From NCBI GenBank assembly GCA_035556555.1, contig DATMES010000053.1:3418-67417 (forward strand): a stretch of 64,000 nucleotides of DNA. Direction: 5' to 3'. A model generated the notes under the pieces. The model saw nothing but the letters and a program-made list of their open reading frames with translations. It made no database searches and was not told where the DNA came from. The DNA comes from Frankiaceae bacterium (lineage in GTDB: Bacteria > Actinomycetota > Actinomycetes > BP-191). A program made the position numbers and the translations under genes. Every line of letters starts with the position of its first letter. Within the stretch, counting starts at the first letter, position 1. Shown in pieces: positions 28,961 to 38,958 of the stretch.

Positions 28961-29126
28961 GCGCGTCCGGAGGGCGGCGGCGGACGACGAGCGTCTTCTC
29001 CGCGGTGGCCTCGTCCTTGGGGCGGACGCGCGAGACGTCGCGGGCACGCATGGCGCCGCTGACGCCGACGATCGACGGGCCGCCGCCGGTCAGCCCGCTG
29101 TCGCGCCTGCCCTTGCGCTCTGCCAT
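28935..29126 (-). CDS. possible 63-aa basic protein (MAERKGRRDSGLTGGGPSIVGVSGAMRARDVSRVRPKDEA...)
   Basis: The in-frame ATG at 29126 has GAGG upstream, and 57 of 63 codons end in G/C. It is divergent from nei and its 3' end overlaps the rpiB end by 26 nt. I recognise no motif. Confidence 0.35.
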   Translation of the reverse strand: MAERKGRRDSGLTGGGPSIVGVSGAMRARDVSRVRPKDEATAEKTLVVRRRPPDAPTDQPRTR

Positions 29127-29151
29127 CGCCGCCTCGGGTTGAATCGGGGAC

Positions 29152-29949
29152 ATGCCGGAGGGACACACGATCCACCGCCTGGCGCGCGAGCACAACGCGA
29201 GGCTGCGCGGCAGGCCGCTCGCGCTGTCGAGCCCGCAGGGCCGCTTCGCCTCCGACGCGGCGGCGCTCTCCGGCCGAGCGCTCGAACGCGTGCGGCCGTA
29301 CGGCAAGCACCTGTTCTACGAGCTGGCGCACGACGAGGTCGTGCACGTGCACCTGGGGATCTACGGGAAGTTCGAGACGCACGCGGCACCGGCGCCGTAC
29401 CCGAGGGGTGCCGTGCGACTGCGGATCGCGACCAGCGATCACGTGATCGACCTGCGCGGCCCGACGGTCTGCGAACGCATCCGCCCCGAGGAGCGCGACG
29501 CGATCCTCGCGCGGCTCGGCCCCGACCCGCTGGACCCGAAGGCCGACCCGGAACGCCTGTGGCGCAAGGCTTCCCGGCGTACGACGCCGATCGGCACGCT
29601 GCTGCTCGACCAGTCCGCGATCGCCGGTGTGGGCAACGTCTACCGGGCCGAGGCGCTGTACGTCCTCGGCATCGCGCCGCAGCGTCCCGCGAACACGCTG
29701 ACCCGCGAGGAGTTCGACGCACTGTGGGCGACGCTGGTGCGGATGATGAGGACCGGCGTACGGCTCGACCGCATCGTCACGACCGAGCCCGAGGACCGCG
29801 ACCGGCGGCGCGGGCGGCCGAGCGACGCGGACCGGCACTACCTGTGGCGTCGTACGGACCTGCCGTGCCGCCGCTGCGGCGAGCCGATCCGGTCGGAGGT
29901 GCTGGGGGCGCGGCACATGTACTGGTGCCCCGTCTGCCAGCCTGGCTAG
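29152..29949 (+). CDS. nei: Fpg/Nei-family DNA glycosylase (endonuclease VIII-like)
   Basis: The N-terminus is MPEGHT. An H2TH region (LLLDQSAIAGVGNVYRAEAL) and a C-terminal zinc finger (CRRCG...CPVCQ) are present. Confidence 0.9.
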   Translation: MPEGHTIHRLAREHNARLRGRPLALSSPQGRFASDAAALSGRALERVRPYGKHLFYELAHDEVVHVHLGIYGKFETHAAPAPYPRGAVRLRIATSDHVIDLRGPTVCERIRPEERDAILARLGPDPLDPKADPERLWRKASRRTTPIGTLLLDQSAIAGVGNVYRAEALYVLGIAPQRPANTLTREEFDALWATLVRMMRTGVRLDRIVTTEPEDRDRRRGRPSDADRHYLWRRTDLPCRRCGEPIRSEVLGARHMYWCPVCQPG

Positions 29950-29958
29950 CCCCCTCAG

Positions 29959-30020
29959 TTTGGTGATCTTGGCGACGTTCGTGCTGCCCGGGCATCAGAA
30001 ACGTCGCCAAGATCACGAAA
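29959..30020. repeat. interspersed hairpin repeat, family 2, copy A (bidirectional terminator-like)
   Basis: The 17-bp perfect arms gtgatcttggcgacgtt / aacgtcgccaagatcac have flanking ttt/aaa, with an inner palindrome tgcccgggca. It lies between convergent nei and the Eis-like gene, and a near-identical element sits at 63297-63354. Confidence 0.65.
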
Positions 30021-30040
30021 AACGCTGTCGCGGGGGGTCG

Positions 30041-31255
30041 CTAGAAGATCTCCGGGCACCAGGCCGCGCGGGGCCAGGCGAGCAGCGCGGAGGCGCGCTC
30101 GGCGGCGCCGGCGGAGTGCTCGTCGACCCGCCCGGCCTCGTACAGCGAGCGCAGCGTCGTGTCGCCGAGGTAGACGGCGGAGAGCTCCTCGACGGACATG
30201 CTCAGGTCGGCCTCGGCCGAGGTTGGCTCGCACGTCGCGCCGTCGGGTGAGGCGTCGAGGGTCCAGCGGCCGCCGGCATACCCCCAGGGGTCCGACACGT
30301 CGAGGGTCACGGTGCCGGAGCCGGCGTACGAGCGCGTCGTCAGCGCGCGAGGGACGTCGATGAGGCGGACGTGCAGGCCGTCGGTGATGGTCGCCTTGAC
30401 GCCGCGGGGGTCGCGCAGCCGGCCGATGATCGCGTCGTCGCCGGGGGCGTTGTCCCAGGCCACGGAGCGCATGAGGTCGACGCCGAGCAGGAACCGCCAG
30501 AGGCCGCCGTGCGCGTCGGGATCGAGGGCGGCGAGCTCCTTGACGCGGACCTGGCCGTTCGGGCGGCCGTCGGTCCAGTCGCCCTTGGTGCGGTACCACG
30601 CGTACCCGCGCACCTCGCCGTCGCGCTCGTACACGACGTGCTTGACGGTGCTGGCGCCGTGCCGGTAGCCGGGGAGGTCGGCGATGCGGACGTCCCACCG
30701 GATGTCGCTGCGGGAGATCATGCCGGTGCGGTCGGCGCGAACGGCGTCGTAGACGGGCGCGCAGAGCGTCCGCGCCTCCTCGGCGGTCACCATCCGGACA
30801 CGTCCCTCGGAGGGCGCGCCGAGCAGCTTCTCGTCGTCGGCGGGGACGGTGACGTTCCAGCGGCGGGACGCGACGCCGTAGCCGAAGCGGTGGTAGATCG
30901 CGGGCTCGCTGGCCCAGAGGCTGGCGAACGCCTCCCTGCCGAGGTCGCGTACGGCGTCGAGCTGCGCCCGCATCATCGACGTGAGGATGCCCTGGCGGCG
31001 GTGCGTCGGCGCCACGGAGACCGCGGTGACGCCCGCGCAGGGGGCGGGCCCGCCGGGCACCGTCATGTCGAACGTGAAGACCGCCGCCGTCCCCACCATG
31101 TCGGTGCCGTCGAACGCCCCATGGGAGCGCTCGGTCTCGACCAGAGGACGCCAGAGCGCCATCTCCTCCGGCTCGGGGTCGCCCCCGAACGCCGACTCCA
31201 GCCGGACCTGGAACGCGTCGACCTCGGACCCGGCGATGGTGCGTACGTCGATCAT
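30041..31255 (-). CDS. Eis-like GNAT acetyltransferase (GNAT plus SCP2-like C-terminal domain)
   Basis: The in-frame ATG gives MIDVRTIAG. The 404-aa length, PTHRRQGILTSMM (acetyl-CoA motif) and the long C-terminal sterol-carrier-like part fit the family. Confidence 0.85.
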   Translation of the reverse strand: MIDVRTIAGSEVDAFQVRLESAFGGDPEPEEMALWRPLVETERSHGAFDGTDMVGTAAVFTFDMTVPGGPAPCAGVTAVSVAPTHRRQGILTSMMRAQLDAVRDLGREAFASLWASEPAIYHRFGYGVASRRWNVTVPADDEKLLGAPSEGRVRMVTAEEARTLCAPVYDAVRADRTGMISRSDIRWDVRIADLPGYRHGASTVKHVVYERDGEVRGYAWYRTKGDWTDGRPNGQVRVKELAALDPDAHGGLWRFLLGVDLMRSVAWDNAPGDDAIIGRLRDPRGVKATITDGLHVRLIDVPRALTTRSYAGSGTVTLDVSDPWGYAGGRWTLDASPDGATCEPTSAEADLSMSVEELSAVYLGDTTLRSLYEAGRVDEHSAGAAERASALLAWPRAAWCPEIF

Positions 31256-31278
31256 GGGGTTGGGTCGTACCACACTCG

Positions 31279-31683
31279 CTAGGTGGCGAGCTCGAACCAG
31301 ACGGACTTGCCGTCGCCCTCGCGCTCGACGCCCCACCGGACGGCGAGGTCGTTGACGAGAGAGAGGCCGCGGCCGGTCATCGCCTCGTCCTCGTAGTTGC
31401 GGACGACCGGCGCGACCGGGCTGCCGTCGATGACCTCGACGCGGACGCCGTCGCGGAGCAGACGGATGACCAGCGTCAGGTCCGTGCGGGCGTGCAGGAC
31501 AGCGTTGGTCACCAGCTCGCTGACGAGCAGCCGGCTCGCGTCCACGAACGCGTCACAGCCCCAGCCGCGCAGCGTGTCGTCCACGAACTGCCGGGCCATG
31601 GATGCGCTCGCGGGCACGGGGCGCAGCGCGAGTCGGGCTTCGCTGTTCATCTCCCCGGACCGTGTGAGGTGGTGCATGGGCAT
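31279..31683 (-). CDS. RsbW/SpoIIAB-like anti-sigma factor / Ser kinase (HATPase_c)
   Basis: The ELVTNAVLHA (N-box) and TGRGLSLV (G-box) motifs are present. The start is ambiguous (ATG 31683, 31677 or 31650). Confidence 0.75.
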   Translation of the reverse strand: MPMHHLTRSGEMNSEARLALRPVPASASMARQFVDDTLRGWGCDAFVDASRLLVSELVTNAVLHARTDLTLVIRLLRDGVRVEVIDGSPVAPVVRNYEDEAMTGRGLSLVNDLAVRWGVEREGDGKSVWFELAT

Positions 31684-31816
31684 CAGGACTGGCACAAGGC
31701 AGGCAACACTAGCCCCGCGGTGACACGCAGGCATGATGGCGTTCCCCGCGTATCTCCGCAGGCAAACGTGGCGTGCCCGGTTTGACCGGGTGCGACTCTT
31801 GTGACCGGATGGACAG

Positions 31817-32899
31817 GTGACCTTGAGCTCGGTGTCGTTGACCGCGGTGCGGTCGCGCCGGATCCGTACGCAGTGGCAGCTGTTCGTGCTGCCCGCGCTG
31901 CTGGCCGGCGTGGCGCTGATCACCGTGCTCGGGTGCGTCGGCGACGTGATGTGGTTCCCCGCGGCGCTGCTGATCCTGCCGGTGCTGGCCGGGGGGCTGC
32001 TCGCCGTCCGCCGCAGGGACATCCTCGTCGTGACGGCGGCGGCGTTCGCCGGGGGGCTCGTCGTGCTAGCCGTGCGGGGCGGTGCCGCGGTGCGGCCGCC
32101 GACGTTCGTGCTGCTCGCGGCCGTCGGCTGGGTGGCGTACCTCCTCGTCGCCAGCCGCGAACGCCTCGGCGTCAGCGGCCTGCGCGGCGAGACCATGCTC
32201 GTCGAGCTGCGCGAACGCCTCCGCGTCCAGGGCGCCCTCCCCAGGCTGCCGGGCGGGTGGTCGTGGGAGCTGGAGCAGCGTTCGGCGGGCGGATCGGGCT
32301 TCGGCGGCGACTTCCTCGTCTCCGCGCGGACCCGCGGCGGCAAGGCGCTCGAGGTCGCGCTCGTCGACGTCTCCGGCAAGGGCATCGACGCCGGCACCCG
32401 CGCGCTGCTGCTCTCCGGCGCGCTCGGCGGCCTGCTCGGCGCCGTACCGCCCGAGGACTTCCTCAGCGCCGCGAACCAGTACCTGCGCCGCCAGGCGTGG
32501 GAGGAAGGGTTCGCGACCGCGATCCACGTGGCCATCGACCTGGAGACCGGCGAGTACCTGCTCGACTCTGCCGGGCACCCGCCGGCGGCGCAGTTCCGCG
32601 CGGGCAGCGGCGTGTGGACGCTGTCGAAGGCGGAGGGGAGCGCGCTGGGGCTGTTCGACGACGGCGAGTGGCCCGCCGTACGAGGCCGCCTGCACCCAGG
32701 CGACGCTCTGCTGCTGTTCACCGACGGGCTGGTCGAGGTGCCGGGACGCGATCTCGAGATCGGCATCGACAAGCTGCTCGGCGAGGCCAACCGGCTGGTC
32801 ATCTCGACGTTCCGCGGGGGAGCTGCGCGCCTCATCGACTCCGTGGCGCCCGCGGCGACCGACGACCGCGCGCTGGCGATGATCTGGCGTACGACCTAG
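31817..32899 (+). CDS. membrane-bound PP2C/SpoIIE-family Ser/Thr phosphatase
   Basis: An N-terminal TM region is followed by GFGGDF, LVDVSGKG and LLFTDGLVE motifs. Confidence 0.85.
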   Translation: MTLSSVSLTAVRSRRIRTQWQLFVLPALLAGVALITVLGCVGDVMWFPAALLILPVLAGGLLAVRRRDILVVTAAAFAGGLVVLAVRGGAAVRPPTFVLLAAVGWVAYLLVASRERLGVSGLRGETMLVELRERLRVQGALPRLPGGWSWELEQRSAGGSGFGGDFLVSARTRGGKALEVALVDVSGKGIDAGTRALLLSGALGGLLGAVPPEDFLSAANQYLRRQAWEEGFATAIHVAIDLETGEYLLDSAGHPPAAQFRAGSGVWTLSKAEGSALGLFDDGEWPAVRGRLHPGDALLLFTDGLVEVPGRDLEIGIDKLLGEANRLVISTFRGGAARLIDSVAPAATDDRALAMIWRTT

Positions 32900-32930
32900 G
32901 CGGTCTGTCCTTCCGCACGATCCGGGCGGG

Positions 32931-33428
32931 TCAGCGGCTGACGTCGGCGACCCAGTCGTGGCAGCGCATGGTCGACCCGGGCGGGTAGCCGAAGTCGCAC
33001 TCGCCGAGCAGCACGAAGCCGGCGTTGCGGCAGACGGCGTTCGAGGCTGGGTGGTCCACCGAGGGGAACGCGTGCACGGCCGAGTGGGTGCCGTACGCCG
33101 CCACCTCGCGCAGCACCGCCCGCGCCGCCGCCGCCGCGACCCCGCGCCCCTGGAACGACGGGAGCACGGCCCAGCCGGTCTCGTAGATGGGCTCGTCGCG
33201 CCAGACCCGTTCCCACCACCCGATGCTGCCCGCGCGCTCCTCGCCGGCGAGCACGACGTACATCGCCCCGGCGGGCGGGTGCAGCGCGAGGTAGCGGCGG
33301 TGCCGGTCGGCCAGCTTCTCCAGCGGCTCGGGGCCGCCGAGGTGAGCCGTCATCTCCGGCGCGTTGAACGCGTGCAGCAGGTCGAGGTCGCCGTCGGACC
33401 ACGGCCGCAGGCGCACGTCGAGGGTCAT
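32931..33428 (-). CDS. GNAT family N-acetyltransferase
   Basis: 165-aa ORF with FQGRGVAAAAARAV (acetyl-CoA motif) and the RimJ/RimL-like pattern NAVCRNAGF. Confidence 0.85.
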   Translation of the reverse strand: MTLDVRLRPWSDGDLDLLHAFNAPEMTAHLGGPEPLEKLADRHRRYLALHPPAGAMYVVLAGEERAGSIGWWERVWRDEPIYETGWAVLPSFQGRGVAAAAARAVLREVAAYGTHSAVHAFPSVDHPASNAVCRNAGFVLLGECDFGYPPGSTMRCHDWVADVSR

Positions 33429-33501
33429 GGAGCGGGCGACGAGAATCGAACTCGCGTCACCAGTTTGGAAGACTGGAGCTCTACCATTGAGCTACGCCCG
33501 C
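33428..33501 (-). tRNA. tRNA-Gly (anticodon TCC), CCA encoded
   Basis: The reverse complement GCGGGCGTAGCTCAATGGTAGAGCTCCAGTCTTCCAAACTGGTGACGCGAGTTCGATTCTCGTCGCCCGCTCCA folds as a cloverleaf. The acceptor stem is GCGGGCG/CGCCCGC and the anticodon loop is CTTCCAA. Confidence 0.9.
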
Positions 33502-33526
33502 GCGGACGCCCGTAGACTCGGCGCCG

Positions 33527-33602
33527 CGGGGCGTAGCGTAGTGGCTAGCGCGCGTGCTTTGGGTGCACGAGATCGGGAGTTCGAGTCTCCCCGCCCCGAC
33601 CA
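33527..33602 (+). tRNA. tRNA-Pro (anticodon TGG), CCA encoded
   Basis: CGGGGCG...CGTGC-TTTGGGT-GCACG...GGGAGTTCGAGTCTCCC-CGCCCCG-A-CCA. The cloverleaf arms are all paired. Confidence 0.9.
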
Positions 33603-33643
33603 AGGCCACTGTCCGGCGAGAAATCCCCTTGAAGGGAACCCCT

Positions 33644-33838
33644 ATGACGACCCGCCGTACGCTCTCCCTCCGCAAGGAGACCCTCAGCGTCCTCAACACC
33701 GACGAGCTGTCGTCGGTCGTCGGCGCCTCGCACCAGTGCGTCACGTACACGAAGCTCGTCACCGGCTGCGTCTGCACCGGCATCTTCCCCTCGCTCAACG
33801 TCGACTGCCCGAGCGTCGACCTGAACTGCCCCCGCTGA
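33644..33838 (+). CDS. 64-aa Cys-rich peptide with GG-type leader-like N-terminus (putative RiPP/bacteriocin precursor)
   Basis: The sequence is MTTRRTLSLRKETLSVLNTDELSSVVGA|SHQCVTYTKLVTGCVCTGIFPSLNVDCPSVDLNCPR. 63 of 64 codons end in G/C, and AAGGGA lies 8 nt upstream of the ATG. Confidence 0.55.
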   Translation: MTTRRTLSLRKETLSVLNTDELSSVVGASHQCVTYTKLVTGCVCTGIFPSLNVDCPSVDLNCPR

Positions 33839-33920
33839 CCCGGCGGCGCGCGGTACGCCGGACGGGCAGATAGGCTTCCCGCCGCCCCGTCAGACGTCCG
33901 CCCGCCATGCCAGGAGCCTT

Positions 33921-35315
33921 GTGAACGCCACCGTCGAGACCCTCACTCCCACGCGGGTCAAGCTCACCGTCGAGGTGCCGTTCGAGGAGCTGGCGCCGTC
34001 GATCGACACGGCGTACAAGCGCATCGCGCGCCAGGTGAAGGTGCAGGGCTTCCGCCCTGGCAAGGTGCCGCCGCGCATCCTCGACCAGCGCGTCGGCCGC
34101 GCCGTCGTGCTGGAGGAGGCGCTCAACGACGCCCTCCCGCAGCTCTACCGGGCCGCCGTCGAGGAGCACCAGGTCGCCGCGATCGGCCAGCCCAACGTCG
34201 ACCTGACGCAGTTCAGCGACGGCGCGCCGCTGGTGTTCACGGCCGAGGTGGACGTACGTCCCGACATCGAGCTGCCGTCGTACGACGGCCTCCCCGTCGT
34301 CGTCGACGCCGTCGGCGTGAGCGACGAGGAGGTCGACGAGCAGCTGTCCTCGCTGCGCGACCGTTTCGCCACGCTCAAGACCGTCGAACGTCCCGCAGGC
34401 ACCGGCGACTACGTCCTCATCGACATCCGCGCCACGACCGCCGAGGGCGAGCCGATCGACGGCTCCGAGGCGAAGGGGCTGTCGTACGAGGTCGGGTCCG
34501 ACTCGCTCATCACCGGCATCGACGACGCCGTCACCGGCGCGTCGGCGGGCGACGAGCGGACGTTCGAGGCCGAGATCCAGTACGGCGTGCACGCGGGCAC
34601 CACCGCGACGTTCCACGTGACGGTCACAGAGGTGAAGGAGAAGGAGGCGCCGCCGCTCGACGACGAGTTCGCGGTGATGGCGAGCGAGTTCGAGACGATC
34701 GCCGAGCTGCGCGACGACGTACGCGGCCGCCTCGACCGGATGCGCCGCCTCGAGCAGGGCGTCCAGGCCCGCGACCGCGTGCTCGAGGTGCTGCTGGAGC
34801 GCACCACCGTGCCGATGCCCGAGTCGATGGTCGAGCAGGAGACCGACTGGCGCCTCCGCACCATGGCCCAGCAGATCGACGAGGCGGGGATGTCGCTGGA
34901 GCAGTTCCTCGCCGACACCGAGCAGACCGAGGAGACGCTGCGTACGGACGCCCGCGCCGGCGCCGAGCAGGCCGTCCGCGCCCAGCTCGTCCTCGACGCG
35001 ATCGGCGTCAAGGAGGAGATCGGCGTCAGCGAGGCCGAGCTCACCGACCAGGTCGTACGCCGCGCCCGCCGCGCCGGCATGGAGGCCAACGAGCTCGCCC
35101 AGCGGCTCGTCCGCCAGGGCCAGCTGCCGGCGCTGATGGCGGAGATCGTGCGCGGCAAGGCGCTCGCGCTCGTTCTCGAGTCCGCCACCGTCACCGACAC
35201 CAGCGGCGCCCCCGTCGACCTCTCCGACCTGCGCGACGACGCCAGCGCGCCGGTCGAGTCGGCGCTCGACATGGACGAGCACGACCACGACGACCACGAG
35301 GGCCACGACCACTAG
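33921..35315 (+). CDS. tig: trigger factor
   Basis: 464 aa. The N-terminus VETLTPTRVKLTVEVPFEEL...GFRPGKVP is typical of Tig, and an acidic His-rich tail follows. Confidence 0.95.
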   Translation: MNATVETLTPTRVKLTVEVPFEELAPSIDTAYKRIARQVKVQGFRPGKVPPRILDQRVGRAVVLEEALNDALPQLYRAAVEEHQVAAIGQPNVDLTQFSDGAPLVFTAEVDVRPDIELPSYDGLPVVVDAVGVSDEEVDEQLSSLRDRFATLKTVERPAGTGDYVLIDIRATTAEGEPIDGSEAKGLSYEVGSDSLITGIDDAVTGASAGDERTFEAEIQYGVHAGTTATFHVTVTEVKEKEAPPLDDEFAVMASEFETIAELRDDVRGRLDRMRRLEQGVQARDRVLEVLLERTTVPMPESMVEQETDWRLRTMAQQIDEAGMSLEQFLADTEQTEETLRTDARAGAEQAVRAQLVLDAIGVKEEIGVSEAELTDQVVRRARRAGMEANELAQRLVRQGQLPALMAEIVRGKALALVLESATVTDTSGAPVDLSDLRDDASAPVESALDMDEHDHDDHEGHDH

Positions 35316-35500
35316 TAGCGCTTGGCGACACGGCCTGATGGTGGCCGAGCATGACCGGCCGCGTCCCCGGTGAGCGCCTTCGCCCTGATCGGGGTGCGAT
35401 CTGCGCTTTTTCCCCGCACGGCCCGCAACCCGGTTGCGGAGCCGACACGGACGGCGTCACCGCACGTGATCGTGCGCGGCACGCGTGCGCCCACGGCGAA
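35315..35500 (+). repeat. MITE-like interspersed repeat, family 1, copy 2 (tig-clpP1 spacer)
   Basis: It begins gtagcgcttggcgac, which is the exact reverse complement of the 3' end of copy 1. The core is atcggggtgcgatctgcgctttttccccgcacggcccgcaacccggttgcgg. The 3' boundary is approximate. Confidence 0.55.
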
Positions 35501-35541
35501 CGCCTCCGCATAACGTCCCCCGTGCGGGTTAGGGTCCCCCT

Positions 35542-36180
35542 ATGACGACGAACGGCATCGACACCCCCGGCATCATCACGCCGGTCATGCGCGCGCCCAA
35601 CGCCCTGGCCAACCCCGACGAGCAGGTGTTCAACAGGCTGCTCAAGGAGCGGATCGTCTTCCTCGGGCAGGTCGTCGAGGACACGATCGCCAACGTGATC
35701 TGCGCGCAGCTGCTCCTGCTCGCCGCGGAGGACCCGTCGCGCGACATCTTCCTGTACATCAACTCGCCGGGCGGCTCGGTCTCGGCCGGCATGGCGATCT
35801 ACGACACCATGCAGTACGTCGAGAACGACGTCGCCACCGTGGCCCTCGGCCTCGCCGCGTCGATGGGGCAGTTCCTGCTCTGCGCGGGCGAGCCCGGCAA
35901 GCGGTACTCCCTGCCGCACGCGCGGATCATGATGCACCAGCCCTCGGGCGGCATCGGCGGCACGGCGAGCGACATCGCGATCCAGGCCGAGCAGATGCTC
36001 TACACCAAGCACAAGATGGCGGAGCGCATCGCGTTCCACACCGGGCAGCCGATCGAGCAGATCGAGAAGGACTCCGACCGAGACCGCTGGTTCACGGCGG
36101 AGGAGGCCAAGGAGTACGGCCTGGTGGACCACGTCGTGGAGCGGGCGCAGCAGGTGCCGTCCGCCGGCCCGGTCAGCTGA
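35542..36180 (+). CDS. clpP1: ATP-dependent Clp protease proteolytic subunit 1
   Basis: 212 aa with the ClpP pattern YINSPGGSV...GLAASMG (Ser)...MMHQP (His). Confidence 0.95.
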   Translation: MTTNGIDTPGIITPVMRAPNALANPDEQVFNRLLKERIVFLGQVVEDTIANVICAQLLLLAAEDPSRDIFLYINSPGGSVSAGMAIYDTMQYVENDVATVALGLAASMGQFLLCAGEPGKRYSLPHARIMMHQPSGGIGGTASDIAIQAEQMLYTKHKMAERIAFHTGQPIEQIEKDSDRDRWFTAEEAKEYGLVDHVVERAQQVPSAGPVS

Positions 36181-36191
36181 GAGGGACGGAC

Positions 36192-36818
36192 ATGTACGAG
36201 CAGACCGGCCGGTACATCCTCCCCGGCATCATCGAGAAGACGTCCCGCGGCGAGTACGCCACCGACGTCTACAGCCGCCTCCTCAAGGAGCGCATCGTCT
36301 TCCTGGCTGTCCAGGTCGACGACGTGTCGGCCAACGACGTCATGGCGCAGCTCCTGTACCTCGAGTCCGAGGACCCCGACCGCGACATCCACCTCTACAT
36401 CAACTCGCCCGGCGGCTCGTTCACGGCGCTGACGGCGATCTACGACACCATGCAGTTCATCCGGCCCGACATCTCGACGATCTGCATGGGCCAGGCGGCC
36501 TCGGCGGCGGCGGTGATCCTCGCGGCGGGCACCAAGGGCAAGAGGTACGCCCTGGAGCACTCCCGCGTGCTCATCCACCAGCCGTCCGGCGGCGGCGAGG
36601 GCCAGTCCAGCGACATCGAGATCCAGGCCCGCGAGATCATGCGCATGCGCAGCCAGCTCGAGGACATGCTGTCCCGCCACACGGGGCGCGACGCGGAGAC
36701 GATCCGTACCGACATCGAGCGGGACAAGATCCTCACCCCGCACGAGGCGGTCGACTACGGCCTCATCGACGAGGTCATCACCACACGCAAGCTGACGGCG
36801 CTCACCACGACGCCGTAG
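36192..36818 (+). CDS. clpP2: ATP-dependent Clp protease proteolytic subunit 2
   Basis: 208 aa with YINSPGGSF...GQAASAA...LIHQP. It is a tandem paralog of clpP1. Confidence 0.95.
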   Translation: MYEQTGRYILPGIIEKTSRGEYATDVYSRLLKERIVFLAVQVDDVSANDVMAQLLYLESEDPDRDIHLYINSPGGSFTALTAIYDTMQFIRPDISTICMGQAASAAAVILAAGTKGKRYALEHSRVLIHQPSGGGEGQSSDIEIQAREIMRMRSQLEDMLSRHTGRDAETIRTDIERDKILTPHEAVDYGLIDEVITTRKLTALTTTP

Positions 36819-36922
36819 CCAACGGCGCGCGGCATTTACTTCAGTCCAAGGAGTCCCCGTACCGACCTAGAGGCGGTACCGTCGTAAGTCGGGTGCGGGG
36901 CGGCGAGAGGGTGTGACGGTCG

Positions 36923-38191
<1,269 letters not shown>

Positions 38192-38210
38192 TTTTTTCTG
38201 CGAGAGAGCC

Positions 38211-38277
38211 CGGGTCGGCGTACCGGTCCGGCTAGTTCCGCAAGCTCCCTTAGTCGCCGGACCGGTACGCCGACCCG
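38211..38277. terminator. 22-bp perfect inverted repeat between convergent clpX and lipoprotein gene
   Basis: The arms are cgggtcggcgtaccggtccggc / gccggaccggtacgccgacccg with a 23-nt loop. A T-run lies just upstream. Confidence 0.6.
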
Positions 38278-38325
38278 TGCCCACCCCGGGTGGCCTCCGG
38301 CCGGGTCCTTGAAACCCCGCCCGCT

Positions 38326-38928
38326 CTATGCCAGGCCGGCTGAGCGGAGGGTGCCGTCCTCGCTCATGATCTGCCACTCGCGGGTCTCGTTGACCTGGAC
38401 CACGCGGCCGCCCAGGGCCTTCGCGCCTTCGTCCGGGTCGACGATGCTCAGGCGGCAGGCTTCCAGGTCGCCCGCTACCTCCTGGGTCGCGGCCCAGTCC
38501 TGCGCCGACATCTCCAGGCTGCTGAAGTTGGAGCCCAGGCGGGACGGCGGGACGAAGCTCAGGTTCGACTGGTCGTGGTCCCGTACGGTCTCCGTCGACA
38601 GCAGGCCGTCGAAGCGGCGGCCGCCCGCGTCGACCGACAGCTCGAAGAACACCTTCCGCGCCGCGTCCTTCGGCGGCACCGCGAGGCGGTTCGCGATCGT
38701 GACGCGGACGACGTAGCGCGGCTTGCCGTACTCGCCGCCCGTACGCTCCTCCAGCACGCAGTACGGCCCGCCGTCCCTGGCCTTCACCCCCGGCGGCGCG
38801 GCGACGATCTCGGCCGTGACCCGCTCGACCTCGCGGGTCTCGGTCCTCGGCGTCAGCGACTGCGACTCGCACGCGGTGAGCGCGAGCAGCAGGACGACGG
38901 CGGCCGGGGAACGTCTCACGCCGCGCAT
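38326..38928 (-). CDS. lipoprotein
   Basis: The in-frame ATG gives MRGVRRSPAAVVLLLALTAC (lipobox LTAC). Length is 200 aa. Confidence 0.75.
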   Translation of the reverse strand: MRGVRRSPAAVVLLLALTACESQSLTPRTETREVERVTAEIVAAPPGVKARDGGPYCVLEERTGGEYGKPRYVVRVTIANRLAVPPKDAARKVFFELSVDAGGRRFDGLLSTETVRDHDQSNLSFVPPSRLGSNFSSLEMSAQDWAATQEVAGDLEACRLSIVDPDEGAKALGGRVVQVNETREWQIMSEDGTLRSAGLA

Positions 38929-38958
38929 CCTCCCACCGGGCAGGTAGCGTCGGGGGCG

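Noticed and set aside
33428-33602. tRNA-Gly/tRNA-Pro pair as a possible integration hotspot for a genomic island
   Set aside because: No integrase, excisionase or duplicated tRNA 3' end (att-like direct repeat) was found on either side. The flanking genes are GNAT and tig housekeeping genes. Only the small Cys-rich peptide gene looks accessory.
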